Assembly (NCBI GenBank): GCA_963741955.1
Contig: CAVUKB010000005.1
Span: 1,216,001 to 1,280,000 of the forward strand
Source: an uncultured Acidobacteriota bacterium
GTDB lineage: Bacteria; Acidobacteriota; Thermoanaerobaculia; Gp7-AA8
Length of the DNA: 64,000 nt
Reading direction: 5' to 3'
Shown: in pieces, positions 1-9,790 of the stretch
How the letters are laid out: each line of letters opens with the position of its first letter
How positions within the stretch are numbered: the stretch's first letter is position 1
Program-made: the position numbers and the translations under genes
The notes under the pieces: model-generated
Databases searched by the model: none
What the model was told of the DNA's origin: nothing
Seen by the model: only the letters and a program-made list of their open reading frames with translations

Positions 1-2
1 TG

Positions 3-1322
3 CGATGGCTGGGAACGGCGGCGGCGGCAGGGGCGAGCTCGATCCTGATCTGGATCGTCGCGCTGATCACCTTCTTCCTCCCTCTCGCCTTCACCGTGAT
101 CGAGCTCTCATCGCGATTTCCCGATGAAGGAGGGCTCTACGTCTGGACGCGAGAAGCGTTCGGTGAGCTGGCGGGGTTCATCACCGGATGGACCTACTGG
201 GCGAGCAACCTGGTGTACTTTCCCGCCCTCCTCTATTTTTCGGCCGAAGCCGCCATCTACATCGGCGGATGGGAGGGGCTCGCGAAGAACCGCATCTACT
301 TCGTCATTGCGTCGATCGCGGGACTCGTCATCGCCGCAGGTCTGAACATCGTGGGGCTCGACATCGGCAAGTGGCTTCACAACGTCGCCGCGATCGCGAC
401 GTGGCTGCCGATTGCAGTACTTCTCGCGGGAGGGGCAGTCGCCTGGGCGCATCACGGAGGCAGCGGACAATTCGAGATCCACCGCTTCATCCCTTCACGC
501 GGATGGAAGGACGTGGTCTTCTGGTCCACCATCGCGTTCGCGTTCGCGGGGCTGGAGTCGGCGTCACTGATGGGCGGCGAGATCCGCAACGCTTCGCGCG
601 TGGTACCGCGCGCCATCGTCCTCTCGGGAACTCTGATCACGGTGGTGTACATCCTCGGCACCGCGGCGATCATCGTCGCCCTTCCGGGTCAGGACATCAG
701 CTCCCTCGCCGGTTTCATGCAGGCGATCGCGAGCATCTCGACGCAGCTCCACGTCCCGGGAATCGTCCCCTTCGTGGCCCTCCTGATCGCCGTCTCGGGC
801 GTCGGCGGAGTCGGCGCATGGCTCGCCGCGACGGCACGACTCCCGTTCGTCGCCGGAATCGACCACGTCCTCCCGGATGCATTCGGGCGTCTGCACCCGC
901 GGTGGAAGACCCCCTGGATCGCCCTTCTCACCCAGACCGGGCTCGCGGCGGTGTTCGTGGTACTCGGCCAGGCGGGCACGTCCGTTCGCGGTGCGTACGA
1001 CGTACTCGTCTCCCTCGGCGTGATCTCCTACTTCATCCCATTCCTCTTCATGTTCGCGGCGATGATCCGACATCAACGCACCCGCCCCGCAGCCGGGGTG
1101 CTGCACGTTCCGGGTGGGAAGCCGGTTGCGCTCGTCTTCGCCTGGCTCGGTCTCGCCACGACCGCCATCTCCATCGCTCTCGCCATGATCCCCTCGGCCG
1201 ACGAACCGAACCCTCGCCTCGCTCTGCTGAAGATCATCGGATCGACGCTGGTCCTCCTCGGCGTCGGCCTCGCGCTCTACGCGTCGGGCCGGCGGAGCGC
1301 TCGAGAGAGATCGCAGCCCTGA
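3..1322 (+). CDS. APC family amino acid permease (5' end truncated by window edge)
   Basis: Frame is open from base 3 (RWLGTAAAAG...). ELSSRFPDEGGLYVWTREAFG and FAFAGLES motifs, about 12 hydrophobic segments. Confidence 0.9.
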   Translation, partial: RWLGTAAAAGASSILIWIVALITFFLPLAFTVIELSSRFPDEGGLYVWTREAFGELAGFITGWTYWASNLVYFPALLYFSAEAAIYIGGWEGLAKNRIYFVIASIAGLVIAAGLNIVGLDIGKWLHNVAAIATWLPIAVLLAGGAVAWAHHGGSGQFEIHRFIPSRGWKDVVFWSTIAFAFAGLESASLMGGEIRNASRVVPRAIVLSGTLITVVYILGTAAIIVALPGQDISSLAGFMQAIASISTQLHVPGIVPFVALLIAVSGVGGVGAWLAATARLPFVAGIDHVLPDAFGRLHPRWKTPWIALLTQTGLAAVFVVLGQAGTSVRGAYDVLVSLGVISYFIPFLFMFAAMIRHQRTRPAAGVLHVPGGKPVALVFAWLGLATTAISIALAMIPSADEPNPRLALLKIIGSTLVLLGVGLALYASGRRSARERSQP

Positions 1323-1612
1323 CGTGCAGATCGCGCCGGTTTCCGCCGTCCGCGGTCGCGAAGAACACCGATTCTGAATTTCGAGTTTCGTATTTGCTGT
1401 GCTTCTGCCAGAGGCATCCTCTCGATGAGCTCTGAACCTGATCATCGCGGCCGATCAGAGGATCCCCACCCCACCGCGCATGTGCGGATTTCCTGTCCGA
1501 TCCGCGCTGACGTCGAGCGGTGCGCTTCCTGATCCAACCGAGCCCATTCGTTCGGCCGCGGGGGGAGTGCTACGATGAATTCTCACGGATTCGTGAACGG
1601 AAGGAGGCACGC

Positions 1613-2041
1613 ATGAGCACGGTCAAGGAGATCCTCGACGAGAAGGGCTGCGCGGTCTGGTCGATCCACCCCGACGCCTCCGTCTACGAGGCGATCGAGT
1701 TAATGGCGGAAAAGGGAGTCGGCGCGGTTCTGGTCACTCGAGATCAGAAACTCGAAGGGATTCTCTCCGAGCGCGATTACGCACGGAAGGTCATCCTCCG
1801 AGCGCGCTCCTCGAAGGAGACGCCGGTGCGCGACATCATGACCCCGGACGTGATCACAGTTTCACCCGCGACGCGGGTGGAAGACGCGATGGGAGTGATG
1901 ACCGAGCGCCACATCCGGCACCTCCCGGTGGTCGAAGGGGGTGCAATCCGAGGGGTCGTTTCGATCGGCGATCTCGTGAAGTGGATCATCGACGAGCAGA
2001 AGTACGTGATTCGTCAACTCGAGGGATACATCGCCAGCTGA
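1613..2041 (+). CDS. CBS domain-pair protein
   Basis: AAGGAGG RBS at 1601-1607 before ATG 1613. GILSERDY and IRHLPV...GVVSIGDLVK motifs. Confidence 0.92.
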   Translation: MSTVKEILDEKGCAVWSIHPDASVYEAIELMAEKGVGAVLVTRDQKLEGILSERDYARKVILRARSSKETPVRDIMTPDVITVSPATRVEDAMGVMTERHIRHLPVVEGGAIRGVVSIGDLVKWIIDEQKYVIRQLEGYIAS

Positions 2042-2144
2042 GCGACGGCGTTCGGGCTATCTCTGAAACGCGTACGAGATTTTCATCAAGAGTTGCCGTC
2101 CGGTCAGCGGGAGATTCGCATTCGGGGTCAGGTCTCGACTTTCT

Positions 2145-3808
2145 CGCCCTGTCCCTGGCGAGATACGGCGATGGTCCCGAGTAGAGAGACACCAACTGAT
2201 CGCCGCGCGAGAGGTACGATTCGCGTGTCGTTGTCGCCATCGCTCCCCGGCAGGATGCCGGGGAGCCTCGCGCGGGACGCGCGACCCACCTGTAGTGGGT
2301 TGGACGTCACGTCCGATGCAGGGCGGCGTCCCGCGCCGCCCTGTCCCTGGCGAGATACGACGATGGTCCCGAGTAGAGAGACCAACTGATCGCCGCGCGA
2401 GAGGTACGATTCGCGTGTCGTTGTCGCCATCGCTCCCCGGCAGGATGCCGGGGAGCCTCGCGCGGGACGCGCGACCCACTTTGGCGCGACCCACTGTAGT
2501 GGGTTGGGCGTCTCGCCCGATGCCCCCAGTGGGTTGGACGTCCCGTCCGATGCAGGGCGGCGTCCCGCGCCGCCCTGTCCCGGGCGAGTTACGGCGATCG
2601 TCCCGAGTAGAGAGACACCAACTGATCGCCGCGCGAGAGGTACGATTCGCGTGTCGTTGTCGCCATCGCTCCCCGGCAGGATGCCGGGGAGCCTCGCGCG
2701 GGACGCGCGACCCACTTTGGCGCGACCCACTGTAGTGGGTTGGGCGTCTCGCCCGATGCAGGGCGGCGTCCCGCGCCGCACTGTCCCGGGCAAGTTACGG
2801 CGATCGTCCCGAGTAGAGAGACACCAACTGATCGCCGCGCGAGAGGAACGATCCGCGTGTCGTTGTCGCCATCGCTCCCCGGCAGGATGCCGGGGAGCCT
2901 CGCGCGGGACGCGCGACCCACTTTGGCGCGATCCACTGTAGTGGGTTGGGCGTCCCGCGCCGCCCTGTCCCGGGCAAGATACGACGATGGTCCCGAGTAG
3001 AGAGACACCAACTGATCGCCGCGCGAGAGGTACGATTCGCGTGTCGCTGTCGCCATCGCTCCCCGGCAGGATGCCGGGGAGCCTCGCGCGGGACGCGCGA
3101 CCCACTTTGGCGCGATCCACTGTAGTGGGTTGGGCGTCCCCCGCCGCCCTGTCCCGGGCGAGTTACGGCGATCGTCCCGAGTAGAGAGACACCAACTGAT
3201 CGCCGCGCGAGAGGAACGATCCGCGCCTCGTTGCAGCCATCGCTCCCCGGCAGGATGCCGGGGAGCCTCGCGCGGGACGCGCGACCCACTTTGGCGCGAC
3301 CCACATGTAGTGGGTTGGGCGTCTCGCCCGATGCCCCCAGTGGGTTGGACGTCACGTCCGATGCAGGGCGGCGTCCCGCGCCGCCCTGTCCCGGGCAAGA
3401 TACGGCGATCGTCCCGAGTAGAGAGACACCAACTGATCGCCGCGCGAGAGGTACGATTCGCGTGTCGTTGTCGCCATCGCTCCCCGGCAGGATGCCGGGG
3501 AGCCTCGCGCGGGACGCGCGACCCACATACGCACGACCCACTGTAGTGGGTTGGGCGTCCCGTCCGATGCTGGGCGGCGTCCCGCGCCGCCCTGTCCCGG
3601 GCAAGTTACGACGATGGTCCCGAGTAGAGAGACACCAACTGATCGCCGCGCGAGAGGAACGATCCGCGCCTCGTTGTCGCCATCGCTCCCCGGCAGGATG
3701 CCGGGGAGCCTCGCGCGGGACGCGCGACCCACTTTGGCGCGATCCACATGCGCGCGACCCACTTCGGCGCGACCCACATACGCGCGACCCACTGTGGGTG
3801 ACCCACAG
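2145..3808. repeat. Tandem array of 8 REP/BIME-like composite hairpin units (184-237 bp period)
   Basis: Core GTCCCGAGTAGAGAGAC(AC)CAACTGATCGCCG starts at 2174, 2366, 2600, 2806, 2990, 3174, 3411 and 3617. Each unit carries hairpins GCTCCCCGGCA-gga-TGCCGGGGAGC and TCGCGCG-gga-CGCGCGA. Lies between convergent genes. Confidence 0.95.
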
Positions 3809-3816
3809 CCGAACGC

Positions 3817-6800
3817 TCAGGCTTCGGAGGGGATCTCGCTGCCGATGGGCTCCGTCTCGCCGTTCTTCGCACGCTCGCGCGCCATCTCCCACTCCGCGAA
3901 GATGGTGTAGATCACCGGGACGAGGAAGAGGGTCACGAAGGTGGAGACGGTGAGTCCTCCGACGACGGCGCGAGCCATCGGCGCCTGCATCTCGGAGCCT
4001 TCGCCGAGAGCGAGGCTGAGCGGGATCAGACCGAGGAGCGTCGTCGAGGTGGTCATCAGGATGGGACGGAGACGCCGGCGACCTCCTTCGATCACAGCCT
4101 CGTGCAGAGGCATCCCGTCACGCCGCCGGAGCAGATTGGTGTAGTCGACCAGAACGATGGCGTTGTTCACCACGATCCCGGCGAGCATGACCATCCCGAT
4201 GTAGCTCTGGATGTTGAAGGTCGTCCCGGTGAGGAAAAGAGTGACCAGAACGCCGACTCCGGCCATGGGGATGGAGAACATCACCACGAACGGATCGAGG
4301 AGGTCCTCGAACTGCGCAGCCATGACCATGTAGACCAGGATCAGGGCGAGGACCATGGAGATCAGGAGGGCGTTGCGCGCCTTGACCTGTTCCTCGTATT
4401 CGCCGCCGATCACGAGATCGAAGCCGTCGGGAACGCTGATGGTGTGCAGAGCGGCTCGCGTGTCCTGGGCCACGGAACCGAGGTCACGGCCGGCGACGTT
4501 GCCGGAGACGTAGAGCACGCGCTCCTGATCCTTCCGATCGATGGCGATCGGACCGGAGGTGTACTTCACGTCGATCACGCTCCGGAGCGGTACGGTCTCG
4601 CCGGTGGAGGAGACCAGAGAGACCCCCTCGATGTCGGTGAGCGATTGCCGGTCGCCTTCGCGCAGCCGGACGAAGATGTCGTACTCACGTCCGGCGCGCC
4701 GGAGCACGGTCGCTCTCGCTCCCGCGAGGTTCGTTTCGATGATCTGGGCGACCTTGCTCATGGAGAGTCCGAGGCGGGCGATCTTTTCCCGGTCGATGCG
4801 GATGACCTGTTCCGGCCTTCCGGGATCGCGTCCGAGCCGTACGTCGCTCACGCCGGGGATACCTTCGAGCTTCTTCTTCACCTGCTCGGCGAGGGCGAAT
4901 CCCTTTTGCAGGTCGTATCCGCGGATCTCGACCTCGAGACCCTCGTCTCCACCGCCGCCGAACGCGATCCGCATGAGGAAAAGACCTGACCCCTCGCGAG
5001 TGCGGATGACTGCCCCGGGGATCGAATCGAACTTCGGCCGCAGGGCATCGGCGATCTCCGCCGCGGTACGGCTCCGTTCCGACCGCGGGACCAGAGTGAT
5101 GCGTAACTGACCACGATTCCCGGCCGTTCCGTGCCACCCTCCTCCCCCTACCGAGGTGAGGATGTTCTCCGCCTCGGGGATGTTGGTCCGGGCGATCCGC
5201 TCCACTTCGCGCATGGTCCGGTCCATCACCGCGAGACGCGTGCCGACCGCCATCTCGGCGTCGACGCGGACTTCGCCTTCATCGGTCTTCGGCATCAGTT
5301 CCGATCCGATGAAAGGAATCAGGCACAGACTTCCGGCGAACAACAGACCTGACCCTATCAACACTTTCCTGCGGTGAGCCAGACTCCATCCGATCGCATT
5401 GCGATAGCGGAGCTCCAGTCGCTCGAGGACGCGACCGCTCGCGTCGTAGACCCTCTTCAGCGGTGAGTGCCGCTTCCGCGGACCGACTGCGAGGAGCCGG
5501 GCCGACAGCATCGGAATCAATGTCAGTGCAACCGCGAGAGATGCGAACAGAGAAAAAGCGACCACTGCGGCGAGCTGCTTGTACATCACGCCGCTGATCC
5601 CTTCCATGAACACGATCGGGAGGAAGACCGCCATCGTGGTGAGGGTCGAGGCAGTGATCGCCATCGCCACTTCCTTCGTCCCCTCCACTGCACTCGTCTC
5701 GGCGTCCTCTCCCTCCTCGTGCTTCCTGAAGATGTTCTCCAGGACCACGATCGCGTTGTCGACCAGCATTCCGACCCCGAGCGCGAGACCGCCGAAGGTC
5801 ATGATATTCAGTGTGTATCCGCTGAAGTAGATCAGGGCGAACGTGGCGATCACCGAGATCGGAATCGAGGTCGCGATCACCAGAGTGGACCGCTCGGAGC
5901 GGAGGAAGAAGAGGAGAATGAAGATGGCGAGGAGACCGCCGATGAGCGCCGAGTTGCGCACGTTGGCGATCGCATTGCGGATGTACTTGCTGGTGTCGAT
6001 GATCGTCGTGACGTGGACGTTCGGATAGTCGGCATTGATCCGCCGTGCCTCGCGCAGCACCGCCGTCGCGACGTCGACGGTGTTCGCACCGGCCTGCTTG
6101 TTGATCGCAATGCGGATGCCCGGCTGGCCGTTGATGCGCGTCAGCTCGGTGACCTCTTCCACCCCTTCTTTGACCGTGGCGATGTCACGGAGATAGATCG
6201 GCGTGCCGTCGCGCACGGATACCACGGTCGAACCGACTTCGGCCGGGCCGCGATACTCCCCGACGGTGCGCAGATAGACGTCGAGATTCCCTTCCTCGAC
6301 CTTCCCGGCCGGACGATTCAGGTTCTCGTCGCGGAGGAGCTGCGTCACCCGGTCCGCGCTCAGCCCGAGCGCGAGCATCTTGTCCCGGTCCAGATCGATC
6401 TGCACCTGCCGTCGCAGGCCGCCACGGATGTCGATCGCCGCGACTCCCGGAACGCGCTCGAGACGGCGGTTGATCCGTTCTTCCGTGAACTCACGCAGCT
6501 CGATCGGTCCCATGCTCTTCGACGAGACTCCGAGGAAGACGATCGGGAACGACGCGAGATCGAACTTGTAGACCCGTGGAGGCTGAGAGTCTTCGGGAAG
6601 ATCGTCACGAATCCGTTCGATTCTCGTCCGGATCTCGTTCGCCGCTTCATCCAGATCCGTGTCCCACGTGAATGCGACACGCACCGTCGAAGAACCTTCG
6701 GAAGAGCTCGAGGTGATCTCTTTCACTCCCGCGATCGCCGCGACCGTTTCTTCGATCGGCCGTGAGATCAGGTCCTCCATCTCCTGGGGTCCGACGTTCG

Positions 6801-6954
6801 GGTAGTCGGTACGGACAGTCAGAGTGGGATAGACCAGCTCCGGCATCAGGTCGACCGGGAGGCGGGTGAATGCAATCGCGCCGAGAAGGATCACGATCAG
6901 AGCGATCATGATCACGGTGACGGGGCGCCGCACGCTGAGGGATGCGAGACTCAT
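3817..6954 (-). CDS. RND efflux permease (AcrB/AcrD/AcrF family)
   Basis: 1045 aa with GMLVDNAIVVLENI, GIVVNNAIVLVD and RLRPILMT motifs. Confidence 0.96.
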   Translation of the reverse strand: MSLASLSVRRPVTVIMIALIVILLGAIAFTRLPVDLMPELVYPTLTVRTDYPNVGPQEMEDLISRPIEETVAAIAGVKEITSSSSEGSSTVRVAFTWDTDLDEAANEIRTRIERIRDDLPEDSQPPRVYKFDLASFPIVFLGVSSKSMGPIELREFTEERINRRLERVPGVAAIDIRGGLRRQVQIDLDRDKMLALGLSADRVTQLLRDENLNRPAGKVEEGNLDVYLRTVGEYRGPAEVGSTVVSVRDGTPIYLRDIATVKEGVEEVTELTRINGQPGIRIAINKQAGANTVDVATAVLREARRINADYPNVHVTTIIDTSKYIRNAIANVRNSALIGGLLAIFILLFFLRSERSTLVIATSIPISVIATFALIYFSGYTLNIMTFGGLALGVGMLVDNAIVVLENIFRKHEEGEDAETSAVEGTKEVAMAITASTLTTMAVFLPIVFMEGISGVMYKQLAAVVAFSLFASLAVALTLIPMLSARLLAVGPRKRHSPLKRVYDASGRVLERLELRYRNAIGWSLAHRRKVLIGSGLLFAGSLCLIPFIGSELMPKTDEGEVRVDAEMAVGTRLAVMDRTMREVERIARTNIPEAENILTSVGGGGWHGTAGNRGQLRITLVPRSERSRTAAEIADALRPKFDSIPGAVIRTREGSGLFLMRIAFGGGGDEGLEVEIRGYDLQKGFALAEQVKKKLEGIPGVSDVRLGRDPGRPEQVIRIDREKIARLGLSMSKVAQIIETNLAGARATVLRRAGREYDIFVRLREGDRQSLTDIEGVSLVSSTGETVPLRSVIDVKYTSGPIAIDRKDQERVLYVSGNVAGRDLGSVAQDTRAALHTISVPDGFDLVIGGEYEEQVKARNALLISMVLALILVYMVMAAQFEDLLDPFVVMFSIPMAGVGVLVTLFLTGTTFNIQSYIGMVMLAGIVVNNAIVLVDYTNLLRRRDGMPLHEAVIEGGRRRLRPILMTTSTTLLGLIPLSLALGEGSEMQAPMARAVVGGLTVSTFVTLFLVPVIYTIFAEWEMARERAKNGETEPIGSEIPSEA

Positions 6955-8147
6955 TGTTTCGGCCCGCCGCTCTGCCGGGCGGTCGCGGAGGTTACCCGTG
7001 CGCCATCGACGAGATCCTCCTGTCCGAGGACGATCACATTCATCCCGCGCGCGAGCTCACCTTCCAGCGGCTCGATCGCCGCGATGGTCGGAGCGCTCTT
7101 CGCGGAAGGAAGGACCCGGACCGGCACACGCCGCGCCGCCAGACCGTCGTCCGATGTCGCCTCGGCGACGAAGATCCACTCCTCGTGTTCGTTGCGCTGC
7201 ACTGCGGAGACCGGAACGAGAAGCGCGGTCGCATCCGTGCGGTACGCGATCAGGACGCTCCCGAACATCCCCGGCTTCAGAACTCCGTCGGAGTTCGCGA
7301 TCTCGACTTCCGCTTCGACGGTGCTGGTCTGAGGATCGAACACGGACGACACACGCGAGACTTTCCCTTTGAAGATCCGCCCCGGCAGAACGTCCACCGT
7401 GACGGTCGCTTCCTGCCCCGGGTGCACGTGAACCGCATCGTGCGATGGGACGGCGACGGTGGTGCGGATGGTGGAGACATCGACGATGCTGAAGATCGCG
7501 CGGTTGGTGCTCGCCTGCGCGCCGAGGTCGAGGTAGCGCGTGCCGATATAGCCGTCGAAAGGAGCCAGGATCCGGGTTCGTGCGAGCTCGAGCTCGGCCG
7601 CTGCGAGATTCGCCTTCGCCTGTTCGATCTGCGCGCGAGCCAGCTCGACCTGCGACTTCGCCGTGGTCAGCTCTCCCTGCGCGATCTCGTAGTCGCTCTT
7701 CGAGACGAGCTTCTCCCCGAAGAGGCTCTCACTCCGCCGGGCCTGACTTCCCGCGAGCTGCAGGTTCGCGCTCCTCTGTTCGAACGTCGCCTCCGCGATC
7801 TTGAGTGCGGCCGCGGACTGCTGCACGCGTTGCTGTGCGTCGGCGTCATCGATCCGAGCGAGGAGCTGTCCCTTCCGTACCCGATCGCCCGTTCCCGCAT
7901 AGACGGCGGTCAGCGGCCCCTCGGTTCGGGCGAAGAGCTCTGCCGCAGATTTTGCGCGAAAGCGGCCGACGAAGCGAACCGCGACGTCGAATGCTCCCTG
8001 CTGGATTTTCGCGAGACGCACCACCGCGGGAGGACGGACATCTTTCAGCCCTGCAGTCGCGGCTTCGTCGGCGGTGCATCCGGTGAGGGCAGACGCGCCG
8101 GTGAGAAGAGCCAGAGCGAGGAGTATGTGAGGCGGGATTCTTTCCAT
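6951..8147 (-). CDS. RND periplasmic adaptor (MFP) lipoprotein
   Basis: Lipobox LTGC after a hydrophobic stretch. GDRVRKGQLLARID, ILAPFDG and LKPGMFG motifs. 4-bp overlap with the RND gene. Confidence 0.93.
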   Translation of the reverse strand: MERIPPHILLALALLTGASALTGCTADEAATAGLKDVRPPAVVRLAKIQQGAFDVAVRFVGRFRAKSAAELFARTEGPLTAVYAGTGDRVRKGQLLARIDDADAQQRVQQSAAALKIAEATFEQRSANLQLAGSQARRSESLFGEKLVSKSDYEIAQGELTTAKSQVELARAQIEQAKANLAAAELELARTRILAPFDGYIGTRYLDLGAQASTNRAIFSIVDVSTIRTTVAVPSHDAVHVHPGQEATVTVDVLPGRIFKGKVSRVSSVFDPQTSTVEAEVEIANSDGVLKPGMFGSVLIAYRTDATALLVPVSAVQRNEHEEWIFVAEATSDDGLAARRVPVRVLPSAKSAPTIAAIEPLEGELARGMNVIVLGQEDLVDGARVTSATARQSGGPKQ

Positions 8148-8323
8148 GATTGTGTCGTTCGAGCGCGAACGGGGGATCGCGCGATTGCGCCTTCCAGTCG
8201 GACTATCCGCATTCTGTTGCTCCCCTCCCGGCGCGGTCAAGCCGGAAAGTTACGGATCGGTGACGGATCGCGCGAGGGAGGGAGAATCCTCCCCGGGAGT
8301 GAGCGATCAGACTCCGAATCGGC

Positions 8324-8360
8324 AAAAAAAAGGGAGTCGCCGGACGAGCGGCGGCTCCCC
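8324..8360 (-). terminator. Intrinsic terminator after the M16 peptidase pair
   Basis: Minus strand reads GGGAGCCGCCG-ctcgtc-CGGCGACTCCC followed by a T8 run. Confidence 0.85.
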
Positions 8361-8381
8361 TGATCTTTGGTTGCGTTCGTC

Positions 8382-9773
8382 TTACTGCAGCGGGACGACG
8401 GTGCCGAACGGTTCGAGCTGCTCGAGAATGACATCTTTCTCGCCTGCCACCACGATGGTCATCTTCGCCGAGTCGAGGTATTTCTTCGCGACCTGCTGCA
8501 CCTGGGAGGGCGTCACCGCATAGACGTTCTGCACGTAGTTGCGGAGAAAGTTCTCCGGGAGTCCGTAGAGGTCGAGGACGTTCAACTGGTTCACGATGCC
8601 TGCGCGCGAGGAGTTCCTCAGCACGAAGATGCCTGCCATGTAGTTCTGGATCCCGCGCAGTTCCTCCGCCGTCGGCGGCTCGCCTCGCAGCCGCTCGATC
8701 TCCTTCATGATCTCGGTGATCGAGGGCCCGGTGACCGCAGTGGTGACGTCCGCGATCTCCGCCCAGTATCCGGCGCCGACCATGGTGCCAAACGTCGAGC
8801 GCGGCGAGTACGTGTAGCCCTTGGCCTCACGGATGTTGCTGGTGATGCGTGAGCCGAACGAACCACCGAGGAGCGCGTCGGTCACCTGGAGAGGAATGTA
8901 GTCGGGACTGGTCGGGTCGATGGTCGGGAGTCCGATGTAGAGCGTCGACTGGACCGCGCCGGGCCTGTTGATCAGGTCGACCACGCGCTTGCTCGTCGGA
9001 GTGGGTGGATTGAACTTCGCCGGAGCACCCGCCCCCCATCCGCTGAGTGCGTCACGGATCGCTTTCTCCACTGCGGCATCATCGAAGCGGCCGACCACAT
9101 AGATCCTCGATCGCTTCGCGTCGAAGTTGTTCTGATAGAAGCTCCGGACCTGATCGACGGTGTAGGCGTCGATCATCCCGACAGTCGGAAAGAGTCTTCC
9201 GTATGGATGTTCCGGGTAGAGCGCCTTCAGGAACGCCTCGTGCGCGAGCGACTGCTGCTGGCTCCGGGCGATCGCGAGCTCACGCTGCAGATCACTCTTG
9301 AGCCGCGCGATCTCGCCCTCCGGAAATGCGGGATGCATCGCGACATCCGCGACGAGTCCGATCATCTCCGGCGCGAACTCCGAGAGGACGTCGCCGCCGA
9401 TGGAGGTCTCGTTCATTCCGACGCTCACGTCGAGAGAGCCGCCCATTCTCGCGGCTTCGAGTGCGATCTGCTCCGCGTTGCGGGTCGGCGTCCCCTGTTC
9501 CAACATCCGGCCGGTCAGGTCCGCGAGCCAGACCTGATTCGCCGTTTCGTTCATGTTGCCCGCAAAGGTGTCGAGCTCCACCGTCACCTTCGGGACGTCG
9601 CTGTAATGCACCATCCGGACTTCGAGTCCGTTCGGCAGTGTGAACTTGTGGACCTCCGGGATGTTGAACGGCTTCGGCGGCGCGGGCGCGGGCGCTCCGG
9701 CCGGCTGTGCGAAGGCGGCCGCCGCACCGAGGAGCGCGAAACAGAATCCGATCAGTATGTTCTTGATGCGCAT
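8382..9773 (-). CDS. M16 (pitrilysin-like) peptidase, non-catalytic subunit, exported
   Basis: LPNGL, LLGGSFGSRI and IREAKGYTY motifs, no HxxEH. Signal peptide. GAAGGAGA RBS upstream of ATG 9773. Confidence 0.9.
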   Translation of the reverse strand: MRIKNILIGFCFALLGAAAAFAQPAGAPAPAPPKPFNIPEVHKFTLPNGLEVRMVHYSDVPKVTVELDTFAGNMNETANQVWLADLTGRMLEQGTPTRNAEQIALEAARMGGSLDVSVGMNETSIGGDVLSEFAPEMIGLVADVAMHPAFPEGEIARLKSDLQRELAIARSQQQSLAHEAFLKALYPEHPYGRLFPTVGMIDAYTVDQVRSFYQNNFDAKRSRIYVVGRFDDAAVEKAIRDALSGWGAGAPAKFNPPTPTSKRVVDLINRPGAVQSTLYIGLPTIDPTSPDYIPLQVTDALLGGSFGSRITSNIREAKGYTYSPRSTFGTMVGAGYWAEIADVTTAVTGPSITEIMKEIERLRGEPPTAEELRGIQNYMAGIFVLRNSSRAGIVNQLNVLDLYGLPENFLRNYVQNVYAVTPSQVQQVAKKYLDSAKMTIVVAGEKDVILEQLEPFGTVVPLQ

Positions 9774-9790
9774 GAGTCGGTCTCCTTCGA

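Noticed and set aside
2145-3808. Possible CRISPR array
   Set aside because: Units are 184-237 bp and near-identical throughout, with no unique spacers and no cas genes in the window.
2057-3953. Many overlapping ORFs on both strands across the repeat array
   Set aside because: They are translations of GC-rich repeats. Unit lengths are mostly not multiples of 3, and there is no RBS or recognisable domain.
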